Assembly: GCA_036397035.1 (NCBI GenBank) | Contig: DASWJS010000021.1 | Coordinates: forward strand, 788 to 64,787 | DNA length: 64,000 nucleotides | Source of the DNA: Actinomycetota bacterium | GTDB taxonomy: Bacteria; Actinomycetota; AC-67 | Direction of reading: 5' to 3' | Shown: positions 12,982 through 22,688 of the stretch, in pieces | How the letters are laid out: the number at the start of each line of letters is the position of its first letter | Numbering within the stretch: position 1 is the first letter of the stretch | Position numbers and translations under genes: made by a program | The notes under the pieces: generated by a model | Database searches by the model: none | What the model saw: the letters and a program-made list of their open reading frames with translations, nothing else | What the model was told of the DNA's origin: nothing

Positions 12982-15288
12982 TTGACATTGGGCCGAGCCT
13001 TCCGGCGATCCACGGGCGCCGCCGTCGCGATCCTTGTGCTGGTCCTGACGTTTCCGAGCCTCGCCCTGGCGCAAGCCTCGCCGGTGAAGCTGGAGGTCAC
13101 GGCCGGCTACAACGGGTTCCTGCGGGGGTGGGCCTCCAACCCGTTCGAGATCGCCGTCGAGGCCGACTCCCTGTTCGCGGGCAAGATCAACCTGACGTTC
13201 GATCCTCCCAACCAGAGCGCCTACACGATCCCGATCGAGGTCCCCGGCGGCAGCCGCAAGGTCGTGCGCATCGTCGTGCCGAGGGCGAGCGTCCGCGAAG
13301 TCACCGCGACGGACCAGAAGGGACGGGTGATCGCGCGTGAGCGCGTGCAGGCCGCGACGCTGTCCTCGGGCGAGGACCTCGTCGGCGTGCTGAGCCCCGA
13401 CCCGGTCACGCTCGCGCAGGTACCGGTCCCGATCGTAGACCGCGACGCCCGCGTGGTAGAGCTGACGCGCGAGACGCTCGCGCTCGGCGCGCCCGCGCTG
13501 CGTCCGCTCAGTCACCTCGTCGTCGACGGCTCGATCGTTGCGCGGCTGACCGGCGACGAGGTCCAGGCGATCCGCGCGTTCGCAATCGACGGCGGCGAGC
13601 TGATCCTCGCCGCGGGCTCGCCCGACCAGCTCGCGCTGGTCCCCGGCGGGTGGGCGCCGAGGGGCTCGGACGCGGTCGCGCAGCGCAGGGTCGGCACGGG
13701 GGTGCTCACCGTGGCGGCCCTGCCTTTCAGCGATGCGGCCTGGTCGGAGAACGGCTCGATGTGGCCGCAGGTCATGCGCCCGTCGGAGTCGACGCGCTGG
13801 CACGACGGCGCCGAGCCGGGGTGGACGGACGTATGGCTCAACGGGGTCGGCGCGCAAGAGCAGCGGCGCCTGCGATGGATGGGGTTCTTCGTCCTCGGTT
13901 ACGCGCTCCTTGCCGGACCGGTCACGTTCGGCGTGCTGACCGCGACGAAGAAGCGGCCGCGCGCATGGGTGGTGATCCCGAGCCTCGCCCTCGTCGTCGC
14001 GGTCGTCATCGTCGTCGCCGCGGGCGCACGGGGCAACGCGGACGAGCGCGTAGTGAGCGGGTACGTCGAGTGGTATCCCGAAGGCACGCGACAGCACCTC
14101 GCGGTCGGCCTGGTCGCGCCGGGCAGCGGGCTGGCGACCTTCCGGCTGCCGGGCGACGGCGTCGTCGAGCCGAGCATCGACTACAGCGCGGCGACCCGCG
14201 CCACGCGCGAGGTCACGCCCGGCCCGAGCTCGACCTCGGTCACGTTGCCGCTGTCCAGCGGACAGGCAGGCGTCGTGCGCTACCGGAACGCCGCCGCGAC
14301 CGGTGGGGTCAATCCGGCGGGGACGCTCAAGCCCGGCAAGGGGATCGTGGGGATGGGCACCTTCTTCGGCGGCAAGATCCCGACCGCGCCGGTCCTGAAA
14401 GGAACGATCACGAACCCGACGCCCTACACGCTGCGCAACGTCACCGTCGTCGCCGGGCACACCGGCGCGGCCGCGGCCGAGGCGCTTGGGCCCGGCAGCA
14501 GCCGCCGCGTGGCGCTGACCTACGGCGGCCCGAACGCGCCGGCCAGTCCGAGCGGGTACCCCGGGTACAACGGCTTCGCCTTCGGCCCCGGTGGCTACTA
14601 CGACCCGAGCGGCGCCATCGCCGGCGTGGTCGCGAGCCACGTCGGCATCGGCCGCCACGGCGACGCGTACCTGACGGGCTGGGTCGACGCGGCGGAGGCG
14701 ACCGGCCTCGTGCCCCTCGGCGCCTCGGAAGGCGAGATCCTCGTGGTCATCCCGCTCGACGTCGACCTGAGCTCGGCGCACGACGTTCCGAGCGACACGG
14801 TTCGCGGGCGGTTCGTCGGCTTCGACGGGACGGTCCTGGACCCGGACCCCTTCGGCTCCGGCAGCTTCGATTCGATCCGCTCGAACGGCACGTCCATCAT
14901 CCGCTACCGGCTTCCCCCCGACTCGAGCCCCGCCAACCTGTACGTGCAGCGCGCAGGCCGAAGCGGCAGGTTCCCGAGTGTCCCCGCGCAGCCGCTGGTG
15001 CGCCGCAGCGGCGGCTCGTTCACGATCGTGGGGCGCGGCTTCCCCGGCTCCAGCTTCGGTCCCGGCTACACGTTCCAAGGGTTCGGGGCGGGGACGGCCA
15101 AGCGTCCCAACGTCGAGTTCTACGACTTCACGACGGGCGCGTGGGTGTCCGGGTCGGTGCAGCAATCGTCGGTCGTCCGCGTCGCTGCCGCGGGCCTGAT
15201 CAACGACCTCGGCGAGGTCTACGTTCGCCTGAGCGGCAGCTCGCCCTACAACCTGACGTCAGACTCGGTGGAGCTGTCCGCGGCATGA
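12982..15288 (+). CDS. Large exported membrane protein (768 aa), first gene of the ABC/MoxR/vWA operon
   Basis: Signal peptide (AAVAILVLVLTFPSLALAQA). Two adjacent TM helices sit mid-protein (WMGFFVLGYALLAGPVTFGV and AWVVIPSLALVVAVVIVVAAGA), followed by a Gly/Pro-rich extracytoplasmic C-terminal half. The start is TTG at 12982, or TTG at 12988, which lies 7 nt after GGGAG. The stop overlaps the ATPase ATG (ATGA). No family recognised. Confidence 0.6.
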   Translation: MTLGRAFRRSTGAAVAILVLVLTFPSLALAQASPVKLEVTAGYNGFLRGWASNPFEIAVEADSLFAGKINLTFDPPNQSAYTIPIEVPGGSRKVVRIVVPRASVREVTATDQKGRVIARERVQAATLSSGEDLVGVLSPDPVTLAQVPVPIVDRDARVVELTRETLALGAPALRPLSHLVVDGSIVARLTGDEVQAIRAFAIDGGELILAAGSPDQLALVPGGWAPRGSDAVAQRRVGTGVLTVAALPFSDAAWSENGSMWPQVMRPSESTRWHDGAEPGWTDVWLNGVGAQEQRRLRWMGFFVLGYALLAGPVTFGVLTATKKRPRAWVVIPSLALVVAVVIVVAAGARGNADERVVSGYVEWYPEGTRQHLAVGLVAPGSGLATFRLPGDGVVEPSIDYSAATRATREVTPGPSSTSVTLPLSSGQAGVVRYRNAAATGGVNPAGTLKPGKGIVGMGTFFGGKIPTAPVLKGTITNPTPYTLRNVTVVAGHTGAAAAEALGPGSSRRVALTYGGPNAPASPSGYPGYNGFAFGPGGYYDPSGAIAGVVASHVGIGRHGDAYLTGWVDAAEATGLVPLGASEGEILVVIPLDVDLSSAHDVPSDTVRGRFVGFDGTVLDPDPFGSGSFDSIRSNGTSIIRYRLPPDSSPANLYVQRAGRSGRFPSVPAQPLVRRSGGSFTIVGRGFPGSSFGPGYTFQGFGAGTAKRPNVEFYDFTTGAWVSGSVQQSSVVRVAAAGLINDLGEVYVRLSGSSPYNLTSDSVELSAA

Positions 15289-16280
15289 CGGACGTGCAGG
15301 CAACGACGACCGGCGTGCTGCCGGCGCCCGACCGCGAGCCGGTCGTGCACACGTCCGCGCTCACGAAGTACTTCGGCACGACGGCGGCCGTGCGCGACCT
15401 GACCTTCGAGGTCGAGCACGGATCGATCACCGGCGTCGTCGGGCCGAACGGCGCCGGGAAGAGCACGACGTTCCTGATGCTCTCGACGCTGCTCTCCCCG
15501 ACCGAAGGCGAGATGGCGGTCTGCGGCTTCGACCCCATCGCCGAATCCTCCGAGGTGCGCCGGCACGTCGGCTACGTTCCCGACTTCTTCGGGATCTACG
15601 ACGACCTGACGGTGACCGAGTACCTGCACTTCTTCGCCGCGACGTACGGCATTCGCGGCCACCGGCGCGAGGTGCTCGCCAGCGAGCTGCTCGAGCTGGT
15701 GGACCTCGGCGTCAAGGCCGACTCGCCGGTGAACTCCCTCAGTCGCGGCATGAAGCAGCGCTTGTGCCTGGCGCGGGCGCTCGTACACGACCCGCAGCTC
15801 CTCATCCTGGACGAGCCGGCCTCGGGCCTCGACCCGCGCGCGCGCATCGAGCTGCGCGCGCTGCTGCGAGAGCTGCAGCGAATGGGCAAGTCGATCCTGA
15901 TCTCGAGCCACATCCTCACGGAGTTGGAGGAGGTGTGCTCGCACGTCGCGATCCTGGAGGCGGGGCAGCTCGTCACCTACGGGTCGCCCGCGGACCTGCG
16001 CGGCGCGTACTCGGGCCTGCGCCGGTTCCGCATCCGCGTCATGGCGGGCAGGAAGCCGATGGTGCTGGCGCTGCTCGAGCAGCGCGAGGACGTCACCGTC
16101 GTGGACGACACGGCATGGGGCGACGAGGTCGTCGAGGTCGAGATGAGCGGCGAGGACGACATGGTCGCGGCGCTGCTCGCCTTCATCGTCGCCAACGGCA
16201 TCGCGCTGGTGGAGTTCACCGAGCTGCGCGCCGGCATAGAGGACATCTTCCTTCGCGCCACGAAAGGAACCGTGTCGTGA
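15285..16280 (+). CDS. ABC transporter ATP-binding protein
   Basis: Walker A GPNGAGKST, ABC signature LSRGMKQRL, Walker B LLILDEPASGLD, H-loop SSHIL. ATGA overlap with the upstream gene and GTGA overlap with the downstream permease. Confidence 0.9.
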   Translation: MTDVQATTTGVLPAPDREPVVHTSALTKYFGTTAAVRDLTFEVEHGSITGVVGPNGAGKSTTFLMLSTLLSPTEGEMAVCGFDPIAESSEVRRHVGYVPDFFGIYDDLTVTEYLHFFAATYGIRGHRREVLASELLELVDLGVKADSPVNSLSRGMKQRLCLARALVHDPQLLILDEPASGLDPRARIELRALLRELQRMGKSILISSHILTELEEVCSHVAILEAGQLVTYGSPADLRGAYSGLRRFRIRVMAGRKPMVLALLEQREDVTVVDDTAWGDEVVEVEMSGEDDMVAALLAFIVANGIALVEFTELRAGIEDIFLRATKGTVS

Positions 16281-17245
16281 TCTCGAACCCGATCTTCGAG
16301 CGCGAGCTGAAGGAGCGCGCCCGCACCGTCCGGATGCCGGTCGTGCTGTCGATCTTCCTGCTGCTGTTCGGGTGCGCGGTCTGGATCATCGTCGCCTCGC
16401 TCACCAGCGACGCCGGGCGGGTGTTCGGCGCGACCCTGACGGGCCGGAACCTCTTCCACTGGATCCTGTTCTTCCTGCTGCTGTTCGTGTCGTTCATCAC
16501 CGCGCCGTACGCCTCGGGAATGATCGCCGGCGAGCGCGAGCGCCAGACGCTCCACCTGGTGCAGATGAGCGGCATGACGCCACGCCAGATCGTCACCGGC
16601 AAGATCATGGCCTCGCTGGCTTGGGTGACGCTGCTCGTCGTCGCGACGCTGCCCTTCGCCGCGATCAGCGTCATCCTCGGCGGCGTGACCTGGACCGAGA
16701 TGGTCGTCGGCTACGCGATGGTGCTGTTCTGCGCGGCCACGTTCTCCACGCTCTGCATCGGCCTGTCGTCGCGCATGAAGCGCTCGAGCGGCGCGGCGGT
16801 GCTGAGCATCATGCTCGTCTTGGTCTTCTGGGTGGGCACCTGGGCGGTCTTCGGCCTTGCCGTGTGGGCGCAGGACGACTTCTCGCCGCAGGTCCGGCCG
16901 ACGTGGGCGCTGACGCTCAACCCGCTCGTCGGCACCGCGTCGGCGATCCAGGGCCGCGACCAGGGCGGCACGGACGAGCCCAACGTCATGCGCGCGCTGT
17001 TCTTCTTCGTGCACACCTCGAAGGACCCGTCACTGGGCTTCCCCTTCGCGCTTCCCGGTCAGGGCGCCAACCCGCCCGCACCCGGTACGCGCACGGTGCC
17101 CTTCTGGGTGTGGACGGCCGGCTGGTACCTGCTGCTCGACCTCCTCGCCTTCCGATGGGCCGTCGTCGGCGTGACGACGCCGCGCGCGACCTTCGTCGCC
17201 GGCGGCCGGCGGCGGCGGCGCGGGCAGTTGGAGGAGGCGTCGTGA
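16277..17245 (+). CDS. ABC-2 family transporter permease (6 TM)
   Basis: Starts VISNPIFERELKERARTVRMPVVLSIFLLLFG from GTG 16277, overlapping the ATPase stop. Multiple hydrophobic helices typical of ABC-2 / GldF-like permeases. Confidence 0.8.
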   Translation: MISNPIFERELKERARTVRMPVVLSIFLLLFGCAVWIIVASLTSDAGRVFGATLTGRNLFHWILFFLLLFVSFITAPYASGMIAGERERQTLHLVQMSGMTPRQIVTGKIMASLAWVTLLVVATLPFAAISVILGGVTWTEMVVGYAMVLFCAATFSTLCIGLSSRMKRSSGAAVLSIMLVLVFWVGTWAVFGLAVWAQDDFSPQVRPTWALTLNPLVGTASAIQGRDQGGTDEPNVMRALFFFVHTSKDPSLGFPFALPGQGANPPAPGTRTVPFWVWTAGWYLLLDLLAFRWAVVGVTTPRATFVAGGRRRRRGQLEEAS

Positions 17246-18969
17246 CGCTCTTCGGCGACTTGCTCGCCGGCGTGGCCAGGCGCATGAAGGTCGCCTGGCT
17301 GATCGACCGCATCGCGACCGTCGCGGTCGCGGCCGCGGCCGCGCTCCTGGCGGTCTTGCTCGCCGGCAGGTGGGTGCCGCTGGGGATCGGCGAGTACGTC
17401 GCGTGGGCGCTTGCGGGCCTGGCCCTTGCCGCGGTGGCGGCGCGCGCGCCGCGGTTGCGAGTGACGCCCTTGGCCGCCGCGCGCGCCGCGGATCGGGGGT
17501 TCGCCGGGCGCGACCAGATGGCGACCGCGATCGAGCTGTCCGCCGGCGAGCCGGACGGTGAAGTCGCGCCGCTCCAGATCGACCGCGCGATTCGCTTCGC
17601 AAGCGGCCGCCGCGCGAAGGACGCCGTCGTCTATGCGCTCCCCGAGCGCAGGGCGGGCCTCGCGGCGCTGCTGATCGTGCTGGCCGTGCTCGTCTCGGTG
17701 CTGCCGAACCCCGCCGACGCGACCGTGCGGCTGCGGCGGGCGGAAGCCGCGGCGGTCGCCGAGCAGCAGGATCTGGCCGAGCGCCTGGCGGAGGAGGCTG
17801 CCGCGAAGGCCGCGACGCCCGAGCAGGAGGCGCTCGCCGAACGGCTCGCGAAGGTCGCCGAGGAGCTGGACAAGGTCTCCTCGGTCGACGAGGCGCAGAA
17901 GGCGATCGACGAAGCCGAGTCCGAGCTGCTCGACCAGCTCGACCCGGATGCGCTGTCGAAGCGAGCGGCCGTCGCCGGACTCGAGCGAACGCTGGCCCAG
18001 GACCCGCTCCCCGGCTCGAACCAGGGCGACCCCGCCGCCGAGCAACTGGAGGCGCTCGCCGAAGCCGCGCCGTCGCTGACCGAAGGCGAGCGCCGGGAGG
18101 CGGCCGAGCGGCTCGAGGCGCTCGCGCGCGGCGCCGAGTCGACCAATCCCGAGCTTGCCGAGGCCCTGCGCGAGGCGGCGGCGAACCTGCGCGCGGGCCG
18201 GGACGCATCCGGCGCGCTGTCCCGCGCGGCCGCGCTCCAGCGCGAGGCGGTCTCGGCGGCCGTGAACCAGGACCGCGTCGCGACCTCGCTCGCCACCCTG
18301 GGCGAGATGCGCGACGCGCTCGAGCGCGCGCAGGCGCAAGCGCAGGCGGAGGCCGCGGGCGAGAGCGGCACCCAGAGCCAGAGCGGCCAGGGCGAGGGCG
18401 AGCAGCCGGGCGGTCAGCCGGGCGCCGAAGGCGAGGCGGGGCAGCAAGGCCAGACCGGGAGCGAAGGCGAGCAACCGGGCGTGGGCCAGGGCGAGGGCGA
18501 GGGCGAGCAGCCCGGCCTGGGCGGCCAGGGAACCCAGCCGGGCCAGGGATCGCAGCCGGGCGGGCAGCCGGGCCAGGGATCGCAGCCCGGCCCCGGCGAC
18601 GCGGGCTCGACCGACGGGGGCGTCGCCGACATCCCGGACGACTCCCAGAGCGGGCAGGGAAGCACGAGCTGGGGCTACAACGCGGGCGATCAGATCCGCT
18701 CGGGCGGGGTCTACGACCCGCAGTCCTTCGCGGCGACCGGCGAGCGGAGCTACGTTTCGGGAATCCTCGGTGAAGGCGACGAGGAGCTGCTCCCCGGCGA
18801 GCGGCTCGGCGACGGCGACCGGGGCCAGGTGCTCGTCCCCTACCAGCAGGTGCTGCCCGCCTACCGCAGCGCCTTCGTGCGCGCGGTGCAGACGCAGGCG
18901 ATCCCCGTGACTCTGCGGTCGCTCGTGCGCGACTACTTCGCCGCGCTCGTGCGGGGAGGCTCGCCGTGA
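17242..18969 (+). CDS. Membrane protein with an Ala/Glu-rich coiled-coil region and a Gly/Gln/Pro-repeat region
   Basis: The GTG at 17242 overlaps the permease stop (GTGA). Three predicted TM helices at the N-terminus. A long stretch rich in EAL/AEAL heptad-like repeats. Then GQGEGEQPG / GQPGQGSQPG low-complexity repeats, then a conserved C-terminal domain (VLVPYQQVLPAYRSAFVRAVQTQAIPVTLRSLVRDYF). Confidence 0.6.
   Translation: MTLFGDLLAGVARRMKVAWLIDRIATVAVAAAAALLAVLLAGRWVPLGIGEYVAWALAGLALAAVAARAPRLRVTPLAAARAADRGFAGRDQMATAIELSAGEPDGEVAPLQIDRAIRFASGRRAKDAVVYALPERRAGLAALLIVLAVLVSVLPNPADATVRLRRAEAAAVAEQQDLAERLAEEAAAKAATPEQEALAERLAKVAEELDKVSSVDEAQKAIDEAESELLDQLDPDALSKRAAVAGLERTLAQDPLPGSNQGDPAAEQLEALAEAAPSLTEGERREAAERLEALARGAESTNPELAEALREAAANLRAGRDASGALSRAAALQREAVSAAVNQDRVATSLATLGEMRDALERAQAQAQAEAAGESGTQSQSGQGEGEQPGGQPGAEGEAGQQGQTGSEGEQPGVGQGEGEGEQPGLGGQGTQPGQGSQPGGQPGQGSQPGPGDAGSTDGGVADIPDDSQSGQGSTSWGYNAGDQIRSGGVYDPQSFAATGERSYVSGILGEGDEELLPGERLGDGDRGQVLVPYQQVLPAYRSAFVRAVQTQAIPVTLRSLVRDYFAALVRGGSP
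18361..18600 (+). repeat. Low-complexity coding repeats (GQGEGEQPG / GQPGQGSQPG) inside the 17242..18969 gene
   Basis: Repeated ggccagggcgagggcgagcagccgggc / gggcagccgggccagggatcgcagccg units are visible in the nucleotide sequence. Confidence 0.6.
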
Positions 18970-19952
18970 AGCCCGATCGCTGCAACGAGCTTGCGACCGC
19001 CCTCACCGAGCAGATCGGCAAGGTGATCGTCGGGCAGCGCGAGCTGGTCCGCGAGGTCCTGATCTGCCTGCTGGCCGAGGGACACGCGCTGATCGAGGGC
19101 GTGCCGGGCCTCGGCAAGACGATGCTGCTTCGCACGCTCGGCGAGGCGCTGACGATGGAGTTCTCGCGCGTGCAGTTCACGCCGGACTTGATGCCGGCCG
19201 ACATCGTCGGCACGAAGGTGCTGAAGGAGGAGCGCTCCGGGCGCACGTTCGCCTTCGAGCGCGGGCCGGTGTTCGCCAACCTGGTCCTGGCCGACGAGGT
19301 GAACCGCGCGACGCCCAAGACCCAGTCCGCGCTGCTGGAGGCGATGCAGGAGCGTCGCGTCACCGTCGGCGGCGAGACGCACGAGCTTCCGCGCCCGTTC
19401 TTCGTCATGGCCACGCAGAACCCCATCGAGATGGAGGGCACCTACCCGCTGCCGGAAGCGCAGCTCGACCGCTTCCTGCTCAAGGTGCTCGTGCGCTTTC
19501 CGAGGGCGGACGAGCTGGCCGAGATCGTCGACCGCACGACGGGCACGCACACGCCGCTCGTCGACCGGGTGATCGATCGCGAGCAGCTCACCGACATGAT
19601 CGCCACCGCTCGCGCGGTCCCGATCGCCTCGCACTTGGTCGAATACGCGGTCTCGGTCGTCACGGCGACCCATCCCGAGCACGACGCCGCGCCGGAGACG
19701 ACGAAGCGCTACGTGAAGTTCGGCTCCTCCCCCCGCGGCGCGCAGGCGATGGTGCTCGCGGCGAAGGTGGCCGCGCTGCTCGACGGGCGCCTCAACGTCT
19801 CCGAGGAAGACCTGCGCGAGACGGCCACGCCGGCGCTTCGGCACCGCGTGATCCTGTCCTACGAGGCGATCGCCGACGGGGTCTCCCCCGACGACGTGCT
19901 CGGCGAGGTGCTCGCGCACACCGCCGTCCCGGCGATCCCCGTCGGCGGCTAG
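18966..19952 (+). CDS. MoxR-family AAA+ ATPase
   Basis: Walker A GVPGLGKT, Walker B LADEVNRA, and the MoxR-typical regions (FTPDLMPADIVG, ATQNPIEMEGTYPLPEAQLDRF). The GTG at 18966 overlaps the upstream stop. Confidence 0.9.
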   Translation: MKPDRCNELATALTEQIGKVIVGQRELVREVLICLLAEGHALIEGVPGLGKTMLLRTLGEALTMEFSRVQFTPDLMPADIVGTKVLKEERSGRTFAFERGPVFANLVLADEVNRATPKTQSALLEAMQERRVTVGGETHELPRPFFVMATQNPIEMEGTYPLPEAQLDRFLLKVLVRFPRADELAEIVDRTTGTHTPLVDRVIDREQLTDMIATARAVPIASHLVEYAVSVVTATHPEHDAAPETTKRYVKFGSSPRGAQAMVLAAKVAALLDGRLNVSEEDLRETATPALRHRVILSYEAIADGVSPDDVLGEVLAHTAVPAIPVGG

Positions 19953-19956
19953 TCCC

Positions 19957-20820
19957 GTGGCGCTGCTTGAGCCCGCCGACTTGGAGGCGCTCGAACGGCT
20001 CGCGCTCGCGACGCGCGCGCGGATGCTGGGCACGTTCGCCGGCGATCACCGGTCGCCCCGGTTCGGGTCGTCGCTGGACTTCGCCGACTACCGGGAGTAC
20101 CGGCCGGGCGACGACTTCCGCCGCATCGACGTGCCCCTGTCGGCGCGGCTCGACCGGCTGTTCCTTCGGCTGTTCGAGGCGGAGGAGGACGTCTCGATCC
20201 GGATCGTGGTGGATACGTCGGCCTCGATGGGCTTCGGCGACCCGTCCAAGGTCGCGCTGGCGCGCCGGATCGCCGCCGGCTTCGCGCACCTGTCGCTCGC
20301 GCAGGGCGACGCGGTGCGCCTCTACGAGACGGCCGGCCGTCGCCGCGCCAGCCGCTGGTACGCGGCGAAGGCGGACTCGATCGAGGCGATGCGCTGGCTC
20401 GAGGCCGCCGCGCCCGCCGGGCCCGCGCGCCTCGCCGACGTCGTGCGCGCGCTGCGGGAGGAGGGCCGGACCGGCTTGACGCTGGTGGTCTCGGACCTGC
20501 TGGAACCGGGATGGGAGGACGCGATCCGCCGGCTCGGCGCGCCCGGCGAGGCGGCGCTGGTGCACCTGCTCGCGCCGGAGGAGATGGAACCGTCGCTGGA
20601 GGGCGACCTCACGCTGCTCGACGCCGAGACCGGCGCGGAGGTCCCCGTGTCGATGACGCCCGAGGTGCTGCGCGGCTACCGGGCGCGGCTCGCCGCGTGG
20701 CTCGCGTCGGTGCGCTCGGCGTGCACCTCGCGCGGGATCGGCTACGTCCGGGCGCGATCCGACGAGGACGCGATGGACTTGTTCCGGCGCCGCTTCCGGT
20801 CCGAGGCGGTCGTGCGATGA
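19957..20820 (+). CDS. DUF58-family protein (vWA-like partner of MoxR)
   Basis: Typical DUF58 block DFADYREYRPGDDFRRIDV followed by IVVDTSASMGFG. It sits 4 nt after the MoxR stop. Confidence 0.8.
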   Translation: MALLEPADLEALERLALATRARMLGTFAGDHRSPRFGSSLDFADYREYRPGDDFRRIDVPLSARLDRLFLRLFEAEEDVSIRIVVDTSASMGFGDPSKVALARRIAAGFAHLSLAQGDAVRLYETAGRRRASRWYAAKADSIEAMRWLEAAAPAGPARLADVVRALREEGRTGLTLVVSDLLEPGWEDAIRRLGAPGEAALVHLLAPEEMEPSLEGDLTLLDAETGAEVPVSMTPEVLRGYRARLAAWLASVRSACTSRGIGYVRARSDEDAMDLFRRRFRSEAVVR

Positions 20821-22688
20821 CCTTCCTCGCGCCGGCCGCTTTCGCGCTCAGCCTGCTCGCCGGGCCGATCGTCGTGATGTACATGCTGCGGAGCCGGCGC
20901 ATGCGCACGCCGGTGTCGAGCACGCTGCTCTGGCTTCCGGGCGAGCGGAACCTCAGCGCGAGCATGCCCTGGCAGCCGCTGCGCTTCTCGCTGCTGCTGG
21001 CGCTGCAACTGCTGGCGCTGCTGTTGCTGCTGCTGGCCGTCGCGCGTCCGGCGCGCGCGACCGCGCTGCCGTTGGGCGAGCACACCGTGCTGATCCTCGA
21101 CGCGTCGGCCTCCATGCAGGCGGCCGAGCCGGACGGCCGAACGCGCATCGAGATCGCGCGGGCGAAGGCGGCCGAGGCCGTCGACCAGCTCTCCCCCGGC
21201 AAGCGCATGAGCGTCATCGCGGCCGGCCCCGAGGCCGAGGTCGTGCTGTCGGGGTCGAGCGACCGGCGCGCGCTGCTGGCGGCGATCAACGGCGTCGAGG
21301 CGACCGACGGGACCGCCGACGCGGAGGCCGCCTTCGCGCTCGGCGCGAGCCTGGAGACGGCGGACACGCCGACCGTGCTGCTGTTCTACTCCGACGGCGC
21401 GATCTCGCCCGAGGCGCGCGAGTCGGCGCCCTCGACGCTCGTGCACGTCCAGACGGGAACGCCCCTGCCGAACGTCGCGGTCGAGCGGATCGCCGTCACG
21501 CCGTCGGGCGCCGGCTGGGACGCCTTCGTGCGCGTGTCGAACGAGGGAGCCGCGGCGGTGGACGCCGCGTTGGAGTTCGTCGCCGGCGAGACGGTCGTCG
21601 CGCGGGTCCCCGTCCGGGTCGAGCCGCGAAGCGGCGTCGACCTCACCGCCGCCCTTCCCGCGATCGCGGGCGGCGCGGTCGGCGCGCGCCTGACCGGCGC
21701 GCGCGCGAGGGGCGGCGACGCGACCGTGAACGCGCTCGCCGCCGACGACCAGGCCTCGACCCTGCTCGACCGCGGCTCGGGTCTGAAGGTGCTGCTCGTG
21801 ACCAAGGGCAACGTCTTCCTCGAAGCCTTCGTCGGCAGTCTTCCCGGCGCGGAGCTGACCGTCGCCGACGAGCCGGTCCCCCCGACGGGTCAGAGCCTCG
21901 CGATCTACGACGGCATCGCGCCGCCGGCCGAGCCGGCGGTGCCCTCGATCGTGATCGCGGCGCCGGGCGGCGCGCCCGGCGTGACCGCGACGGGCAAGCT
22001 CGAGCTGCCGATCGTGACGTTCGTGCAGCCGCGCGAGCCCATCCTTGACCAGGTGGACCTGTCGGCGCTGGCGATCCGGGTGGCGCAGCAGGTGTCGGCG
22101 CCGCGCATGGACGTGCTGGCCGCGGCGGGCGACGACCCGATGCTGCTCGCCGGCGTGCCGGGCGGCACGCGCATGGCGTACGTGGCGTTCGCGCTCAGCG
22201 ACAGCAACCTTCCCGTCCAGGTGGCGTTTCCGCTGCTGTTCGGCAACCTCGTCACGTGGCTCACGCGCGGAGACGCGCCCGACCAAGCGGAGCTGGTCGC
22301 CGGCGACGAGCTGCCCTTGAGCATCCCCGGCGGCGCCACCAGCTTCACGGTGCGGGGCCCGGGCGGAACGACCACGCGTCCGGTCGACCGCGACCGATTC
22401 GAGGACACGGCGCGGGCCGGCATCTACCGGATCGCCTACGAGGGCGCGGACGGCACCCTGGGCGAGGAATCCTTCGCGCTCGGCATCCCGGCCGGCGAGA
22501 GCAACCTCGACCCGGTGACGGTCGGCGGCGGGGGCGCGGGCGGGCTCGCCTCGGACCGATCCCTGCGCGGGCTGCGCGCCTACGGGCCCGGCCTGCTGGC
22601 GCTGGTGCTCGTCGTGCTGCTGGTCGAGTGGTGGGAGGGCTACGGCCGCCCGCGCCGGATGCGCCGAGCCGCCGGAGCCGCGGCATGA
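20817..22688 (+). CDS. BatA-like membrane protein: N-terminal TM anchor plus vWA domain
   Basis: Aerotolerance-regulator-like N-terminal TM segment (FALSLLAGPIVVMYMLRSRR). vWA MIDAS motif LILDASASM. C-terminal TM helix. ATGA overlap with the DUF58 stop. Confidence 0.75.
   Translation: MTFLAPAAFALSLLAGPIVVMYMLRSRRMRTPVSSTLLWLPGERNLSASMPWQPLRFSLLLALQLLALLLLLLAVARPARATALPLGEHTVLILDASASMQAAEPDGRTRIEIARAKAAEAVDQLSPGKRMSVIAAGPEAEVVLSGSSDRRALLAAINGVEATDGTADAEAAFALGASLETADTPTVLLFYSDGAISPEARESAPSTLVHVQTGTPLPNVAVERIAVTPSGAGWDAFVRVSNEGAAAVDAALEFVAGETVVARVPVRVEPRSGVDLTAALPAIAGGAVGARLTGARARGGDATVNALAADDQASTLLDRGSGLKVLLVTKGNVFLEAFVGSLPGAELTVADEPVPPTGQSLAIYDGIAPPAEPAVPSIVIAAPGGAPGVTATGKLELPIVTFVQPREPILDQVDLSALAIRVAQQVSAPRMDVLAAAGDDPMLLAGVPGGTRMAYVAFALSDSNLPVQVAFPLLFGNLVTWLTRGDAPDQAELVAGDELPLSIPGGATSFTVRGPGGTTTRPVDRDRFEDTARAGIYRIAYEGADGTLGEESFALGIPAGESNLDPVTVGGGGAGGLASDRSLRGLRAYGPGLLALVLVVLLVEWWEGYGRPRRMRRAAGAAA

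Noticed and set aside
12829-18474. Very long antisense or alternate-frame ORFs (12829..15165, 13650..16280, 15764..17245 N-terminal extension, 15977..17014, 16372..18969 N-terminal part, 17030..19441, 17059..18474)
   Set aside because: The real genes were delimited by conserved motifs and by the start-stop overlap chain. These longer frames are read-through artefacts or antisense shadows with Arg/Pro/Gly-rich junk composition.
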